Of a stretch of 64,000 nt of DNA, positions 12,843-25,624 are shown one piece after another. The notes beneath the pieces are model-generated. The model was not told the origin of the DNA, did not search any database, and worked only from the letters and a program-made list of their open reading frames with translations. The DNA is from Lophium mytilinum (lineage: Eukaryota), in the NCBI GenBank assembly GCA_010093605.1, contig MU004185.1:641334-705333 (forward strand), in the 5' to 3' direction. Both the position numbers and the translations under genes were made by a program. Each line of letters starts with the position of its first letter. Position 1 is the first letter of the stretch.

Positions 12843-13358
12843 CCCGCGCCACAGCATCACGACGGGGCTAGCCGCCTCAAACTACTGTTCACTATTCACT
12901 ATTCTCGCGCTATTATCGCACTGTTACCGAGTTCGAGTCAGGGAAGAGTAACTCAGTGTTTCGTCCTGCCAATGTTGTCGCATGTCCGTGGCTCTGTTAC
13001 TCTGTTACTAATGTGCTAGAGAACTCACGCTTCACTTTCTCCAATAGGTGTATTCATACGCCATGGAACACCAAGCAGTCGCAAGATTCTCGGTAGCTTC
13101 AATAATTCATTCAGTACATTCATAGCAATTTCTTGTGATGTTCGAATGTTACACCTGTATACTATCGATGCTGACCGTATTGAACTCGGTTCGTCTGACC
13201 TCGGTTGCAGCTTTCCTCCCCTCTTGACTAAGAAAGGCATGACCAGGCAGCATGACATCAAATTACTGTCTATAACTTACAGGAACCCGAGGTACATGTA
13301 AATTTGAATAATTTCGGTCTTTGTGTCATCCCTTCCACTCACCTCGAGCAAGATCATT

Positions 13359-15307
13359 ATGGCGACTCCAGTGGTGATTGGCGTGGGCGACTTCAAGAAC
13401 AGGTCTCAGAAGGTGGAAGATGCTATTGAGCCTGCCAAGCTTATGCTCGAGGCCATTCGTCGAGCCATCAAGGACACCAATCTTTCATCCACAGCTTCAT
13501 CTACTCTTCAGTCCAGCATCGACAGCATCGCTGTTGTAGAGACTTGGACTTGGCCATACCCAGACCTCGCAGGTCTCATAGCGAAAGACTTAGGTGTGAG
13601 TCCACGTTACAAGCAAGTCAGCCCACATGGAGGAAATCAACCAGCAAAGATATTTGACGAAGCTGCTCGCCGCATCTCTGTCGGCGAGGCGAAGGTAGCA
13701 GTAGTCACCGGCGGGGAGGCTTTAGCTTCACGTATGTTCTTCCAAGCATCAAATATTCAGTGAATCACGTGCTAACATCATCTTCCTAACATTATAGTCA
13801 CTGCTTGCGCTGTCGCCAAAAAGATGCCACCCCCTGGCTGGACCAAATCCGCAGAGAATGTTGATTCTGTTTTTACTGCATCCAACACTAGTCTTCTTCC
13901 ACCAAGTACGCATGCCCAGACGTGCGTTCTCGATGTTGCTTGCTCACATGCCTAAGGTCTTGGCTCTATTCACTCCGTCGGTGTACCCATTCAGGTCTAT
14001 CCAATGTATGAGAATGCGTTTCGAGCACATCGTGGACAGTCCATTCAGCAAAACAACGAAGAGTCAGGTCATTTGTATTCTGAGTTTGCTAAAGTAGCCG
14101 AGCATAATCCTGTCGCTTGGAACTACGGAAAGACCGCCGACTCTCCAGAGGCGATTACTACTGTAACAAAGAAGAATCGAATGATTTGTTTTCCATGTAT
14201 GGTCAACGCATTCCAAGAAAGACATCCGCTAACGCGTACCGCAGATCCACTCCTAATGAATGCTTTCAACACCATCAATCTAGCCGGAGCTTGTATATTG
14301 ACTTCTACTGATTACGCAAGAGAACTCGGCATTCCCGAAAGCCGATGGATATATCCCCTAGGAGGCGCGGGTACTAAAGATGTTGATAACTGTAAGAACT
14401 TCCTATACATAATTGAAGGCCAAAAACGCTGACATCGACTCTTTTTCAGTCTGGGAACGTCCAAACTTCCACTCCAGCCCCTGCATTTCGAGATCGATAG
14501 ATGCCAGCCTTCAGGTCTCCGGTCTTACGAAAGACGACATTGACTTATATGACTTCTATTCGTGTTTCCCGATCGTCCCCAAAATAGCTTGTGATCATCT
14601 CGGGCTGGACATCAAGAACCCTGCCAAACCTATCACTCTCCTTGGAGGACTGACATCTTTCGGTGGTGCAGGTAAGCGTATCCCCATAGACAACAGGGCT
14701 TAGACTAACGATATCTGAAGGGAACAACTATTCAATGCATGTATGTTCCTCCGGACGCAACTTCACCTGCACAGTAACATATTCTAACCTCGCTAGGCTC
14801 TGACCGAAATGGTAAGGCAACTCCGCAGAGGCGACAAGAAAAATGGCCTTGTCCTCGCCAACGGTGGTGTCCTCGGCTACCAGCACGTGGTTTGCCTGTC
14901 TTCACAACCGAGGAAGAATGGCAGTGCGTATCCTGGCAAGAACCCGCTGCCTGAACTGCTATCCGATCTTCCCGTTCCGCCTATCGAAGAGCATCCGGAG
15001 GGAGAGGCGACGATTGAGGTAATCCGATCCCTTTCAATTCATATCAACAAGGGTCGAGTGCTGACGAAAGATGTGTCAGACATACACGGTGGAGTACAAC
15101 CGTGACGGCAGCCTCAAGAGAGGGTATATCGTAGGCCGATTAGAATCCAATAGCCACCGATTCCTAGCGATCGACGCAGATGCAAAGACGTTGAAAGAAT
15201 TGTCCAATCAGTCGGAAGAGCAAATCGGGCGAAGCGGCTGGGTGAGAAAGGATACCGAAAAGGAGGGCAGGAGCCTGTTTAGTTTTGAGAGAGCAACGAA
15301 ACTGTAG
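13359..15307 (+). CDS. Thiolase-like protein / acetyl-CoA acetyltransferase-like; 8 exons (introns 13732-13797, 13906-13956, 14197-14244, 14392-14449, 14672-14720, 14741-14796, 15019-15079)
   Basis: PVVIGVGD, HGGNQP, VTGGEALAS, NRMICFPYPLLMNA, DFYSCFPIVPK, TLLGGLTSFGGAGNNYSMH, GLVLANGG, ETYTVEY; the introns restore one continuous frame. Confidence 0.88.
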
Positions 15308-16180
15308 GTCGAGTTGTAGAGGTATTCAAGAATGGGGTCGATATGCAGCGGGTTCGAACCAATCAGCACGGCGGGGGTGCAGCACCCCCTGGTGTACACT
15401 ATGCGGCCACTACTTCTGTTGCTTCAGCGTAAGAAGAGATTTCTGAGACGACAGTCTACAATCCCCAATTTCAAACCTCCGTTAGCCGCTGCCTGAGGTG
15501 TCCCAGCAAGCTTTCAAGTTGTTCCCACAGAACAGACCTCAAAAATCACAAAAAGACACTGTGAGCCGCCAAGAATCAAAGGGACAACGTAGCCTCACGC
15601 CGAACCACGGAAACCCAACGCGTCCCCCCCACACCACCCAGCTTGTCCAATAACCCTTGCCCCCTCCTCCCCCATCACAATATCGCTTTTCTCACGTTCT
15701 ACTTTCCTATCAACTATATAAGCCATATAATTCCTTGGCTCCTCCAGGAAAGTTGCTCAGTCGATATCGCTATATATCTTATATTTAAACATATTACGCA
15801 GTGGAAACTGACATGTTCTTCGGAACCCTTTCCTTTTGCTCTTGGGTTCGAGGCCGGGTGGTGTTGGGGTTGTGCGGGGGATTCTTTTTTTATTTTTTGC
15901 TCTCTTTTTGGGAGGTTTGGGTTGGATGAACGAACGTTTAGATCCCGCCAGCGCCTTCAGGCTTGTTATGTGTCTTCGTGTCTTGGCTCATGGTGTTGCA
16001 AAGATGGCCTGCGCACAGTGTAATTCTTTAGAGTACAGTCTCGTGCCCGATATGGCACACTCATGACCAAGGAAGGGACTTCAAGCAGCGGCAGTCAAGC
16101 GTCCATAGCTCTATGACGAGGCATTGCACTAAAGAAGCACCGTTCAAATTCCCCCAAGCACACAATAATCAGGTGCCTGA

Positions 16181-17252
16181 TCACATGTATTCTCTAGGTC
16201 TGCAAATCCCCCGCCAGTCCAAGTTCATCAAGCCCTCCGTAAACGGAACCGCCATAACAACCCAGCTAGCAATAACCAACTCCCCAATCCACGACAGCGC
16301 CGCGCGAACCCAGTGCCTCTTCTTCCCCCAAACAGCCACCTCGACGACGGTGACGACGCCGTTGACAACGAAAAACAACCCTATTCGTTTGACGCCTTCC
16401 TGTGACAACAACGGCGCTAATGTCCACATGTGGAAGATGGCCATGAAGGAAAAGGTTGCCAGGACCCCCGCGACTCTAGCGACTGGTTTAGGGAGGCGTG
16501 ATGCGAGGACGAGCTGATAGATGGGCGTGTACGCTAGCGTCATGCAGGGGGCTGTGAAGCAGTTATGCCATGTCTCCGCCCAGAAGCCGGCGAAACTGTC
16601 GATTAGATACAGAGGAGCGAAGAGAGGCGGCGAGTTCTTGTAGCGGAAGAGAAGCTGCATCGAGGTGAAGATGATGTAGAGCGAGAGCAGGATTTCGTAG
16701 GCCAGGACTGGAGGCACCTGCGGGAGTGCTTGGAGCACCGCGAATGCTGCTGCATGGATGCATAGTTGGATAGGCTCGGAGAACGGCTTGATGTGCTTGG
16801 GTAGGCGCACGTAGTTAGGTGTGAACGATTCGTAGCGGAGTTCGGTTAGGAGGATCAAGGCGAATATCCAGTCGGAGGGCCGAGGGCCAGCGGTGTACTC
16901 GGGGAGGTTGTCGCGGCGGATGAGAACGTCTAGTAGCTTCATGGTACCGATTGCGACTGTATCTTGTTATCAACTTTGTTCTCAAGCTGTATGAGGTGAT
17001 TTTACTTGGGAAATTGAGGAGAGCGCGCGCAGCTCCGCAGTTTACTGGGGCGGCATGTGGACTGCACCAGAGAGTGAGGATGGCGCCGGCAGCGAGGAGT
17101 TTAGAGATAGGATACTGCTTCTTCACGAAAGCAAAGATGGAGAAATATATGAGAAAGAGTGGCATGAGCAGGATGGTGAGGGCTCTAGGAAACTCGCGGA
17201 GCATCTGCTGCAGGTAGACATCTTGTTCCTGGAATAAGGACTGCAAGCCCAT
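16181..17252 (-). CDS. Membrane-bound O-acyltransferase (MBOAT_2 / wax-synthase-like); intron 16957-17005
   Basis: Multiple hydrophobic helices; PLF..SFAGFWAETWH and FSFMAIFH (MBOAT-like His). The splice gives NFP|IAIGTMKLLD. Confidence 0.75.
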
Positions 17253-18604
17253 TGTCGACCATAGGATGGTTGCGAAGGCCGAGAAGCTTACGGAGTATTG
17301 GCGTGGTGTTGGCAGCCGTCAGATTGCCTAGCAAACACATGATGACTAGAGGAAACAGTGTTCGGCTGTGCCGGAAGCCAGGATTACCACTGGACGAGTA
17401 GCACTTGCCACGTTGGTAGATGATATTCCGAAGCCTGCTATTTCTGAAAAGGTGTTGAGGCAAGTCAAATGAGGGTACGCTGATGCAAAATGAGAGAGAG
17501 AAAGAAACAAAGAAAAGAAAAATGTTATGATAAGGCTGATAAACCGTGTCGTGATGTTTGTACATCACCGTCTGGGGTGGCCTGTGAGGCTATGAGGTTT
17601 ACGAAAGCTATTGCTTTACCATACCTAATAATACTCCAGGGAACCTCAAGCAGTGCTAATTAAGAGCACAGAATTTTAGAAAGAGCACATGTCTCGATTA
17701 AGAATGGGTTGGGATATAACTGGTCGGAATAACTCTAGAATGAGATATACCTCTAAAGCCAGGCATTAAAAGCACCGTGTACTATTTGATTACCGTAGTA
17801 ACGACAGCCACAGACATATAGGTACAGTACATGGCCAGACTTACGTGAATTGTCTTTCCAACGTCTGTGGTGCCCCAACACAGGATCAGGATTAGGGACG
17901 AGACGGGGATTAGCGATTTTGAGCAACCTGTCAACCTGCTGAGCCACCTCAGACGGGTGTAGCCTATGATAACACATACGGATGTACGGTATGCCTCAAA
18001 AGCGTAACGATATTCTAGGGTGCACGCATATATGACAAAGCGAGGTCGAAAGAAGCGGTCAGGTGTCTTGATGGGCGGTTAACCCGCTTCAATCCGCTAT
18101 GAAGGAGTGTTGATAGGTATTTCGGGCTAAGTCAGGCATGGAGCTTATGTGCCGAGTCGTTAAAGGTTCGCTGGGAGGGGACCATGCCCACTCTTACGGC
18201 CGGCAGTCGGATCAGATCTAGAAGATGGCACGCGAGCAACTGCCCGTAAGAGGACTCCATGTCTGTGGCTGCAGCGGATGGGACCGCGGGGCAATAGGCC
18301 ACTCTGGACGCCAGGTGATTTTTATTCCTATCGCCGGAGGATATGACGTGGAGCGGAAGTCGAGGAGCAGTTTTTGGCATCACGGCAGAGCAGCCAATGC
18401 GTCAGTCCCGCGACGCAACGAGAATATCACGTCGCACTGCAACACACGATGCTGCTGCGTCTGGCGAGGCCCGAGAGGAGATGGGCTACGAAAAGGTGAT
18501 CGGCACCGCGAGGCTCGAAAACCCTGCATTACGAACCGAGGTGACCCTTCGGCGCTACGGGTAGAGTCTGAGCTTCCTCCGGGGTTGCATACCAACCAAA
18601 AACA

Positions 18605-19482
18605 CACGTTGAGGCTTTGTTGCGTCTCATTGGCTGCTCCCGACTTCATGCTCGCCAGCATCTCCAACTTCACCCACCACGTGCGGCCATCGCCACTGCT
18701 CAGTTGCCCGTCTTCACGGCCTCACCACGAGCTTCGTCGATGGAATTGAGCACCTAATTCGATCGCTGTGGCGCTGAAAACCCCAGATTCGGGTTCCTTG
18801 GTGTGCAAAGAGGCGTCCTGGGCCGTGACAAGCTCCCGGATCAACGCCAGCGGCGTCGTGGGGAAAATGACGATGCTGATGGGGCGCCGCCTTGGCTTTC
18901 CCGTTGCGTAAACTGGCCTGCCGGTCGTCGCTCCACCTCTCAGAGATTTCGACGCCAGCTGCGGAGGGGTACATACTTGGGGCACCGTGGCTAGCTAGAC
19001 ACGCTTACTACCTTTCCTCCTCTTATTTATTCTCAAGCCCCAGCTATTCCCGGCTCTGTACGCATTTTGCACTTCAGCAGCTTGGCCTCTCAACTCTGGT
19101 TAAGCCTCCCCTCTATCCACGTTTCCCTACTTGCGTGTTGCCAAATCGACACGTAGCTCCACACTTGACAAGCCCTCTTGTTTGATATTTTGCTTTTTAA
19201 AGCTCAGCTGGACTCCCCTCTCCCCACCGAGCAGTGAGCCTCCCCACCACGAGTGCCCTCCAGGCGCTTTCTATTTCATACCTCGCGCCACCAATTCCAC
19301 CTCCCGCGGCATACAGTCGAACCAAAGACACACGCCTGCCCGTTAGTCGCCAGTATTCACCCTTGAGCACTCGGATTTCGACGTCTGCAAGCCTCGTCCG
19401 GCAAAGACGGACCAGTGCAGTCCCTGCCTACAGCCCGCGTCTCTCAACATCTGACCACTCACAACCCGGGCCCAAGAACGTG
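18605..19482. promoter_or_regulatory. Candidate PHO boxes (CACGTK) upstream of the phosphate-transporter-like gene
   Basis: CACGTT 18605, CACGTG 18678, CACGTT 19118, AACGTG 19477; Pho4/NUC-1-type bHLH factors bind CACGTG/T. Confidence 0.35.
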
Positions 19483-19700
19483 CTTTCCGGAAACACGCCT
19501 ACTGCTTCCTTTGGTGGGTCAGGACCTTAGAAAGATTATCTCACTTCACGTCATTGATCACGTCGTTTTGTGTGTGTGGCACTGATCCCACGGAGCCAAG
19601 CACCCAAGCACTGACAAGCTTCCACACATAAAGCTTGAGCTTTGGGCGAAGCAATTGGCGGGAATCGTCACCCTTCACATACACCACACGCCAATTCAAC

Positions 19701-21909
19701 AATGACATCGTCACTACGCGACTATGGTGCAGCCGCCCCTCATGGCCCCAACATGGAACGCCATCATGTCGCTACCCAGGACGTCTCAGCCATAAACCCG
19801 AACGAGGCTGGAGCTCTCCACAATCTCCTTCATCCCGACGACATCTACACCGAGAATGGCACCTACTGGGCTGACCTTCCTATGGGGCAGCGCCTGAAGT
19901 TCGTTACCCACGTCGACAGCCAGGAGTCGAAGAAGGAATTGCGATCAATCGGGACTATGTTCAAAAACGATCCGCTAAGCCCATTGGGATACTATCTCCG
20001 GAACATGGTGGTCCCTGGAGCTGGTCTCCTTCTTGAGGGGTATGGAACCACTATAGCTAAACGTATGCGGTCACTAACCTCCGACTAGATATGTCTTGTT
20101 CTCCATCGGAAATGTCAGGCCGTTACTCCAAGCCGCATTCCCCTCCTGCTGGAAGACTTTCGATACCTGCAACAAAACCTGGACTGAAGCCATCGACTAC
20201 CTTGAGATAATTGGTATCATTGTTGGTAAGTTAGCCTGCTTGCTTCGTTTCCAACATGCGTCTAACCATCAAAAGGCCAAATTCTCGTCGGTGTCATCGG
20301 AGACTGGTTGGGACGCCGCTGGGGTCTCATCCAGGATGCTGTCATCATGTTTGTCGGTCTGATCATGCTCACGGCTGCCTGGGGTGTGGACCAGAACGGA
20401 TGGGTCATCTGCTATGTCTGGTCTCTATTCTTTTACGGCATCGGCGTAGGAGGCGAATATCCGATGACTGCTACGTCTGGCATGGAGAACGCTGTTGGCT
20501 CTGGTAAAGTCTCGACCAAGGATGACCGTCTTCACCGCGGCCGGAAAGTCACCAGCGCCTTCTTGATGCAAGGCTGGGGTCAATTCACCAACCAAGTTAT
20601 CTTGATCCTTCTTCTACTCATATTCCATCATGGCAGTGGGAACCCTCCTTACTCAAAGGTACTTTCCCTTACTCCACCAGCTCAAAGCCTTACTAAGTCG
20701 CATCCAGGTCGCTGCACAGTGGACATACCGTATCAGCTTCGCTATCCCAGCAGTGGGAACACTCTGGCTAGTGTACTTCCGTTACTACAAGATGAGGTCG
20801 GCAAGCAAACAGCTCTTCTTGGCCAAGAAGAAGCAGAAGGTCACCGGATATGACACTCAATCACTCAAGATGACTCTCACTTACTTTGGCCCTCGCCTCC
20901 TTGCTACAGCTGGCGCATGGTTTGCCAACGACATATTCTTCTACGGCAACAAGCTGTTCCAGAACCAGTTCATTGCTGTCCTGACGCCGAACAACCACTC
21001 GGTCATGGAAGGATGGCTGTACAACCTAGTCAATGTTGGTGTCAGCTTGGTGGGCTATTACATGGCCTCTTTCTTCATCGACAACAAGCTCTGTAAGTTT
21101 AGCAATGACGTTAAACTCAAGGTGAAACTAATAGGATCAAAACAGACGGCAGGAAATGGATGATGATCGTTGGATTCTTGGCCGACTTCATCCTATTCGT
21201 TGTCCCGGCCTTCAACTACGATTTCTTCACGTCGCCAGACCACATCCATGCTTTCCAGGCCATGTACTTTCTTTCATCGTTCTTCAACCAGTTCGGCCCC
21301 AACTCGGTGACATTCCTAGTGGCCGCAGAAGTATTTCCAACGCCAATTCGCGCGACAGCTCACGGCTTCTCAGCGGCTGTGGGGAAGCTTGGCGCATTGA
21401 CAGCGGCGGTTCTCTACAACTACATCACAACGAAGCAGAAGTTCTACGTTGTGCCGTGGTTCGGACTCGCTGGCGCTCTGCTCACCTGGCTCTTCCTACC
21501 CGACACGACCGGCCTGGACCTCAAGGAGCAAGAGCGACGCTGGTCGTACATCCGCGCAGGTCGCGAAGAAGACTACCACGGCATCGCGATCCACCCGAAG
21601 CATCTGTCGCTCTGGGAGCGCATCCGCGGCGTGGGCAAGCACTACGACGCAGCGCTGGACTACCAGCAAAAGGTGGAGGAGCTACGAGCTGAGTGGGAGG
21701 CACGGCAGGCGCGCAAAGGTAATGAGGGCGTCAAGGTCGAGGACGACGAGGATGAGGATGATGAGTACCCGCACGAGGTGCACAACTACTTCAGCCGGAC
21801 GGCAACGAACTCGCCTAACATGACGCCGATGCTGCGGCCGAAGGAGAAGCAGACGTCGGAAAGCGACAACACGAGCAACGAGAAGTTCGATATTGACGTG
21901 GCGCGGTAA
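19701..21909 (+). CDS. MFS transporter, PHO84/GIT1-like phosphate or organophosphate permease; introns 20040-20088, 20226-20275, 20659-20707, 21093-21145
   Basis: GDWLGRRWG, GIGVGGEYPMTA, FLMQGWGQ, WFANDIFFYG, GPNSVTFLVAAEVFPTPIRATAHGFSAAVGKLGA, PDTTGLDL. Confidence 0.88.
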
Positions 21910-23207
21910 ATAGCTGGCCGAGCCGGGTTTCATCCGGCCATGGCAACAATTGAATGTTTAGGTTCATCGACGAGCGAACGCACTGCATGGGCATGTAAAC
22001 AGTGCACGACGGGGCCAATGGCGTACAACTGGGCGTATCTGGCGAAACGGAGCCGTGTACGGGATTCAGATTCAGGGGCGCTTCTGGTCTCAGAGTGATG
22101 GGCGGCAAATTGCGGACCGGCTGCAGGTCGATGCAAACGCGCACAGGGTGGTTGGATGGGCCATGCTGTGCGATGCTGTTCCTGCCTCTCTCCTGCCTGT
22201 GGCACAGTGCACGGGCTATGAATACCTAGCAAGCATCCAACAAGCGTTTGGCGGTGTCATGGCTTTCACTTCATTTGCATGTGCTGGGGCCCCGAATTGC
22301 GATTGCCGTGCACTGACTGTCATGTGGAGGAGTCGTCGCAATCATTTGCTTCGATCGCGTAACGGTCTTCGTAGTTTGTACATAGTAGTGCTCTGAATAG
22401 CAACAGAACCAGCGAAGACTGGTCAAGACGCGACAATGCACAGAAAGGAGTGGGTGAGAGCGGCCAGAAGCACAGCGCGGGGAGGCTCCGCTTGGGGGAG
22501 TGGTTGCAGGACGTTCTCTCCTGCTGGTGGCTTGCGCGAGGACGGCTGGGCGCCTCTCAGGCTCGCCACGACCATGGATTGCAGCCGGGTAGTTATCTCG
22601 CCACGCCAACTTTTTGCGAGTCGATAGGGGCGTGCAGTAAAGGGGCCTGTGCGGTGACGCAGCGTGGTCCAACGTTGCGCGAGGCTTGTTGTTGGCCCGC
22701 CAGCGCCTGCGACCGCCTGCTGTCCCGGTGAGTGGTTGTTCCGTGGTTCGCAATTGGTCTCGAGGGCAGTCTCTGCAGAGAATTGCGGTCCGGCGAAGCT
22801 TTTGGGCGAGGGTTTCGACGGCTTCGGCAGCGGAGGCGTGTCCGCATGCCGCTGCAGGGCGCTGTGTCTCGGCGTGGACGAGGCTTCGGGGCAGGGATGT
22901 GGACGGGGGCAGAAGCGGCTAAAACCAAGGAAGCCGGGCTGCAGGGGTGGGGCCGGCGTCGTTAGCGCCTGCCAGCCTGAAACGCCCCAGGGCCTGTCGA
23001 TCTCGCCTGTAAATAAAACCAGCGCCCTGCTGCCAACTTCCTGCCTCCTCACCTCACACACACAACACCTTCGCTCAGAGTCCCTCGTTCAACTCTCACA
23101 GCTCTATCCACCAAGCTTAGGCCTCTACCCACCAGCTTCATCACATTAATTCCATCGCTCCACCACCCCAATCAATCCATCACTCCAAACCTCACACACT
23201 CGTCAAC

Positions 23208-23678
23208 ATGCGTTTCTCCTCCGTCGCTATCGCCGTCGCGGCCGCCGTCTCCGTCTCTGCTCAGGGCGTGACTCAGATCTCTGATGGACAGCTCCAGGTC
23301 CCGACCTCGATCCCAGCTGCTGCTACCTCAGCTCCCGTCGTCGCTACATCCTACCCGGTTGTGACCCCGTCCAGCGCTGCCCCCGTCACCGTTGTCCCCG
23401 TCTCCAGCGTCGTCCCGGTCGTGCCAGTGCCTTCCTACCCGGCCGGCAACTCGACCGCCCCCATTGTCTCCCCGAGCGTTGGCACCGGCAGCACTCTGCT
23501 CTCGACTGTGTCCCCGACTGCCTCCCCGACCACCGTTGCTGCCACTGGCACCCCAGTGTCCGCTACCGGCACCGCCGCTACTCCCACCGGCACTGGCGCC
23601 GCCATCAACTCCTTCGGCAGCGCCCTTGGCTCTCTCAGCTTCGCGGCTCTCGCCATGGCTGGCTTCGTCCTGGCTTAG
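23208..23678 (+). CDS. Secreted Ser/Thr/Pro-rich cell-wall protein with one PIR repeat and a likely GPI signal
   Basis: Signal peptide MRFSSVAIAVAAAVSVSA, PIR motif TQISDGQLQ, hydrophobic C-terminus after TGAA. Confidence 0.85.
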   Translation: MRFSSVAIAVAAAVSVSAQGVTQISDGQLQVPTSIPAAATSAPVVATSYPVVTPSSAAPVTVVPVSSVVPVVPVPSYPAGNSTAPIVSPSVGTGSTLLSTVSPTASPTTVAATGTPVSATGTAATPTGTGAAINSFGSALGSLSFAALAMAGFVLA

Positions 23679-24570
23679 ACGCCTCGTCTCGCTCCATCGA
23701 CGCGACTTCTCCTTCCTTTCGACGACCTATTCACCGGCATACAACAGCACAGCGGCATCTTAGTCCCACAGCATCTTCTGACTCGATGGCAATCATTTGG
23801 TAGTTCTGATGGAGAAGGGAGACTGTTATGTTTTGCGGGCGAATGATTCGATGCATTTGGAGGAGGGAAGACCAACTCGACTGACAAGACAACACGGACG
23901 GAACGGTATTGGTGTTATTGGCTTGCATTTTTCTTTCTGTTCATCTTGAAGAAGGCTTCGTGCACAGGCTATTGCATGGGATAATTCCTTTCTTCACACC
24001 CCCCGATCACGGTCGCGGTCATGCGATTTGTGGATTGCACTTCTCAAAACACGATAATGCCCCATGCTAGTCATGTACACATAGACGATACACACAAATG
24101 ATCCCCATTTGAGCTGCACAATTACCGCGGCTTCAATACCCACTCTCCTCTTCTTCTGCCATCCTGACATGACTTGATTGCCTCTTACCTTACTCGGCCT
24201 GTGAAACATGTCTCGCGTGATAGTTGCAAACAATCCACGCAACCTCGCTGCATTACGCGTCCAGCGTCGTCCTCAAAAAGCAAACTCTGGAACCGGTCGT
24301 CAGGTACCCGCAATTCGGCCGCGGGACCTAACATCTAGCCCAGCGTTGGCCAACCCACTAAAATCGCTTAAGCTTTCGCCCCAGAAGCGTCGCGACCGGG
24401 AGAGTGACCGCTTTCGACCACAGAAAGTAGACTTTCAGAGGAACCAGTTCCAGACTCTATTATCGCCAGCCCTTCTCGCGAGATCTGAGGGAAGCTGTGT
24501 AGCAAGGGGCTCGGGAGCAGCTGGCGGAATTCCCACCGCCACCTTGCTGCAGCATTCTACCTAGAGGAGG

Positions 24571-24777
24571 GGCTGGCTGGCTGGCTGGAGGAACGCGACG
24601 CGCAATCCCGCGAGCGTAATCGAAACAATCCCGAGAAATACAGCAAGCTGGGCACTCGCACTGCACTTGCCCACTTGAATATCTCGACGCCGCTAGCTCC
24701 ACCCTTGCGTGAAGATCTAGATACAGTAATAGCATGGTATGATGACGACTACCTAACCAGCCAAGCCAAGCCAAGCC
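24571..24777. repeat. Short microsatellites (GCTG)n near 24571 and (AGCCA)n near 24759
   Basis: gctggctggctggctgg; agccaagccaagccaagcc. Confidence 0.6.
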
Positions 24778-25135
24778 GGCCCAATAAAGCATCGCACGAT
24801 AGCTGAACTTTGAGTGAGACAGGTTGGCGAAGCTTACTTGCTATTCGGGAGGGGGTTCCACAGTTTCTGGCTCCTGTAGGAATGGGGCGAGGAGGGCGAG
24901 GACGATGAGGTGCGCTTTTGTGAGATTTGCGCCATTGCCCCGGCCCTTGCCAATGGAACCAACAGCGGTGGGGGGGATCTTGGGGCCAATCGTGAAGTTT
25001 TGCCACTTGGACCCTCGCTCCAGCACTGAAACTCCCCTAATAAGTCGTGTAATCACGATGGCCTGGAAAGCGCTTGGAACGGCTGGGTTTGTAAGGTGAT
25101 ATGTACTGTTATTTTCGAAAGACTTGAATTCAATA

Positions 25136-25236
25136 GGCATCATGGCCGAGTGGTCTAAGGCGGTAGTTTTAAGTCACGTCACTATGTGGATACACTACTG
25201 GGGCAACCCGCGTGAGTTCGAACCTCACTGATGTCA
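25136..25236 (+). tRNA. tRNA-Leu(UAA) with a 19-nt intron (25174-25192)
   Basis: Acceptor GGCATCA/TGATGTC+A; D-arm TGGCCGAGTGGTCTAAGGC; anticodon stem GTAGT/ACTAC around TT-TAA-G; long variable arm GGG-GCAA-CCC; T-arm GTGAG-TTCGAAC-CTCAC. Confidence 0.93.
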
Positions 25237-25624
25237 AAAATTTATCTTTTGCTGGTTGGGTTGAGGTTTTGATTTTTGGTGTTTGGGAGAGGGAAGGGGT
25301 GGATTGTGAGGATGGAGAGGGGGGAATGTGTTTTGGGTTGGGTGATCAAGGAGGGAAGGCAGGAAGGCGGCCGTGATGGGGCAGCAAGGAAAGGATGGAT
25401 TGGTGGCTTGATGGTCGTATTTGTTTTTGCTGATATCGATGGTGATATTGCTTTGGCTATGGAGTAGGACGGAACGCTGCTGGTGTTACATCCTTCTCGC
25501 CTCTGCTACTCTATCTACGACGAGGGGGCCTGCTGCTGACGATGTTTTTGAGCACTTTGTGTGTACAAGGGGCACACCGAGTATAGAAGGATGAAGACCC
25601 CTACTCGATTCGAGATTCATACAC

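Noticed and set aside
15373..15405. Helitron 3' end (hairpin plus CTRR)
   Set aside because: The hairpin is followed by CTAT, not CTRR, and there is no Rep/helicase sequence.
21930..23150. Dense overlapping ORFs between the transporter and the wall-protein gene
   Set aside because: GC-rich promoter/UTR sequence with no protein-like composition.
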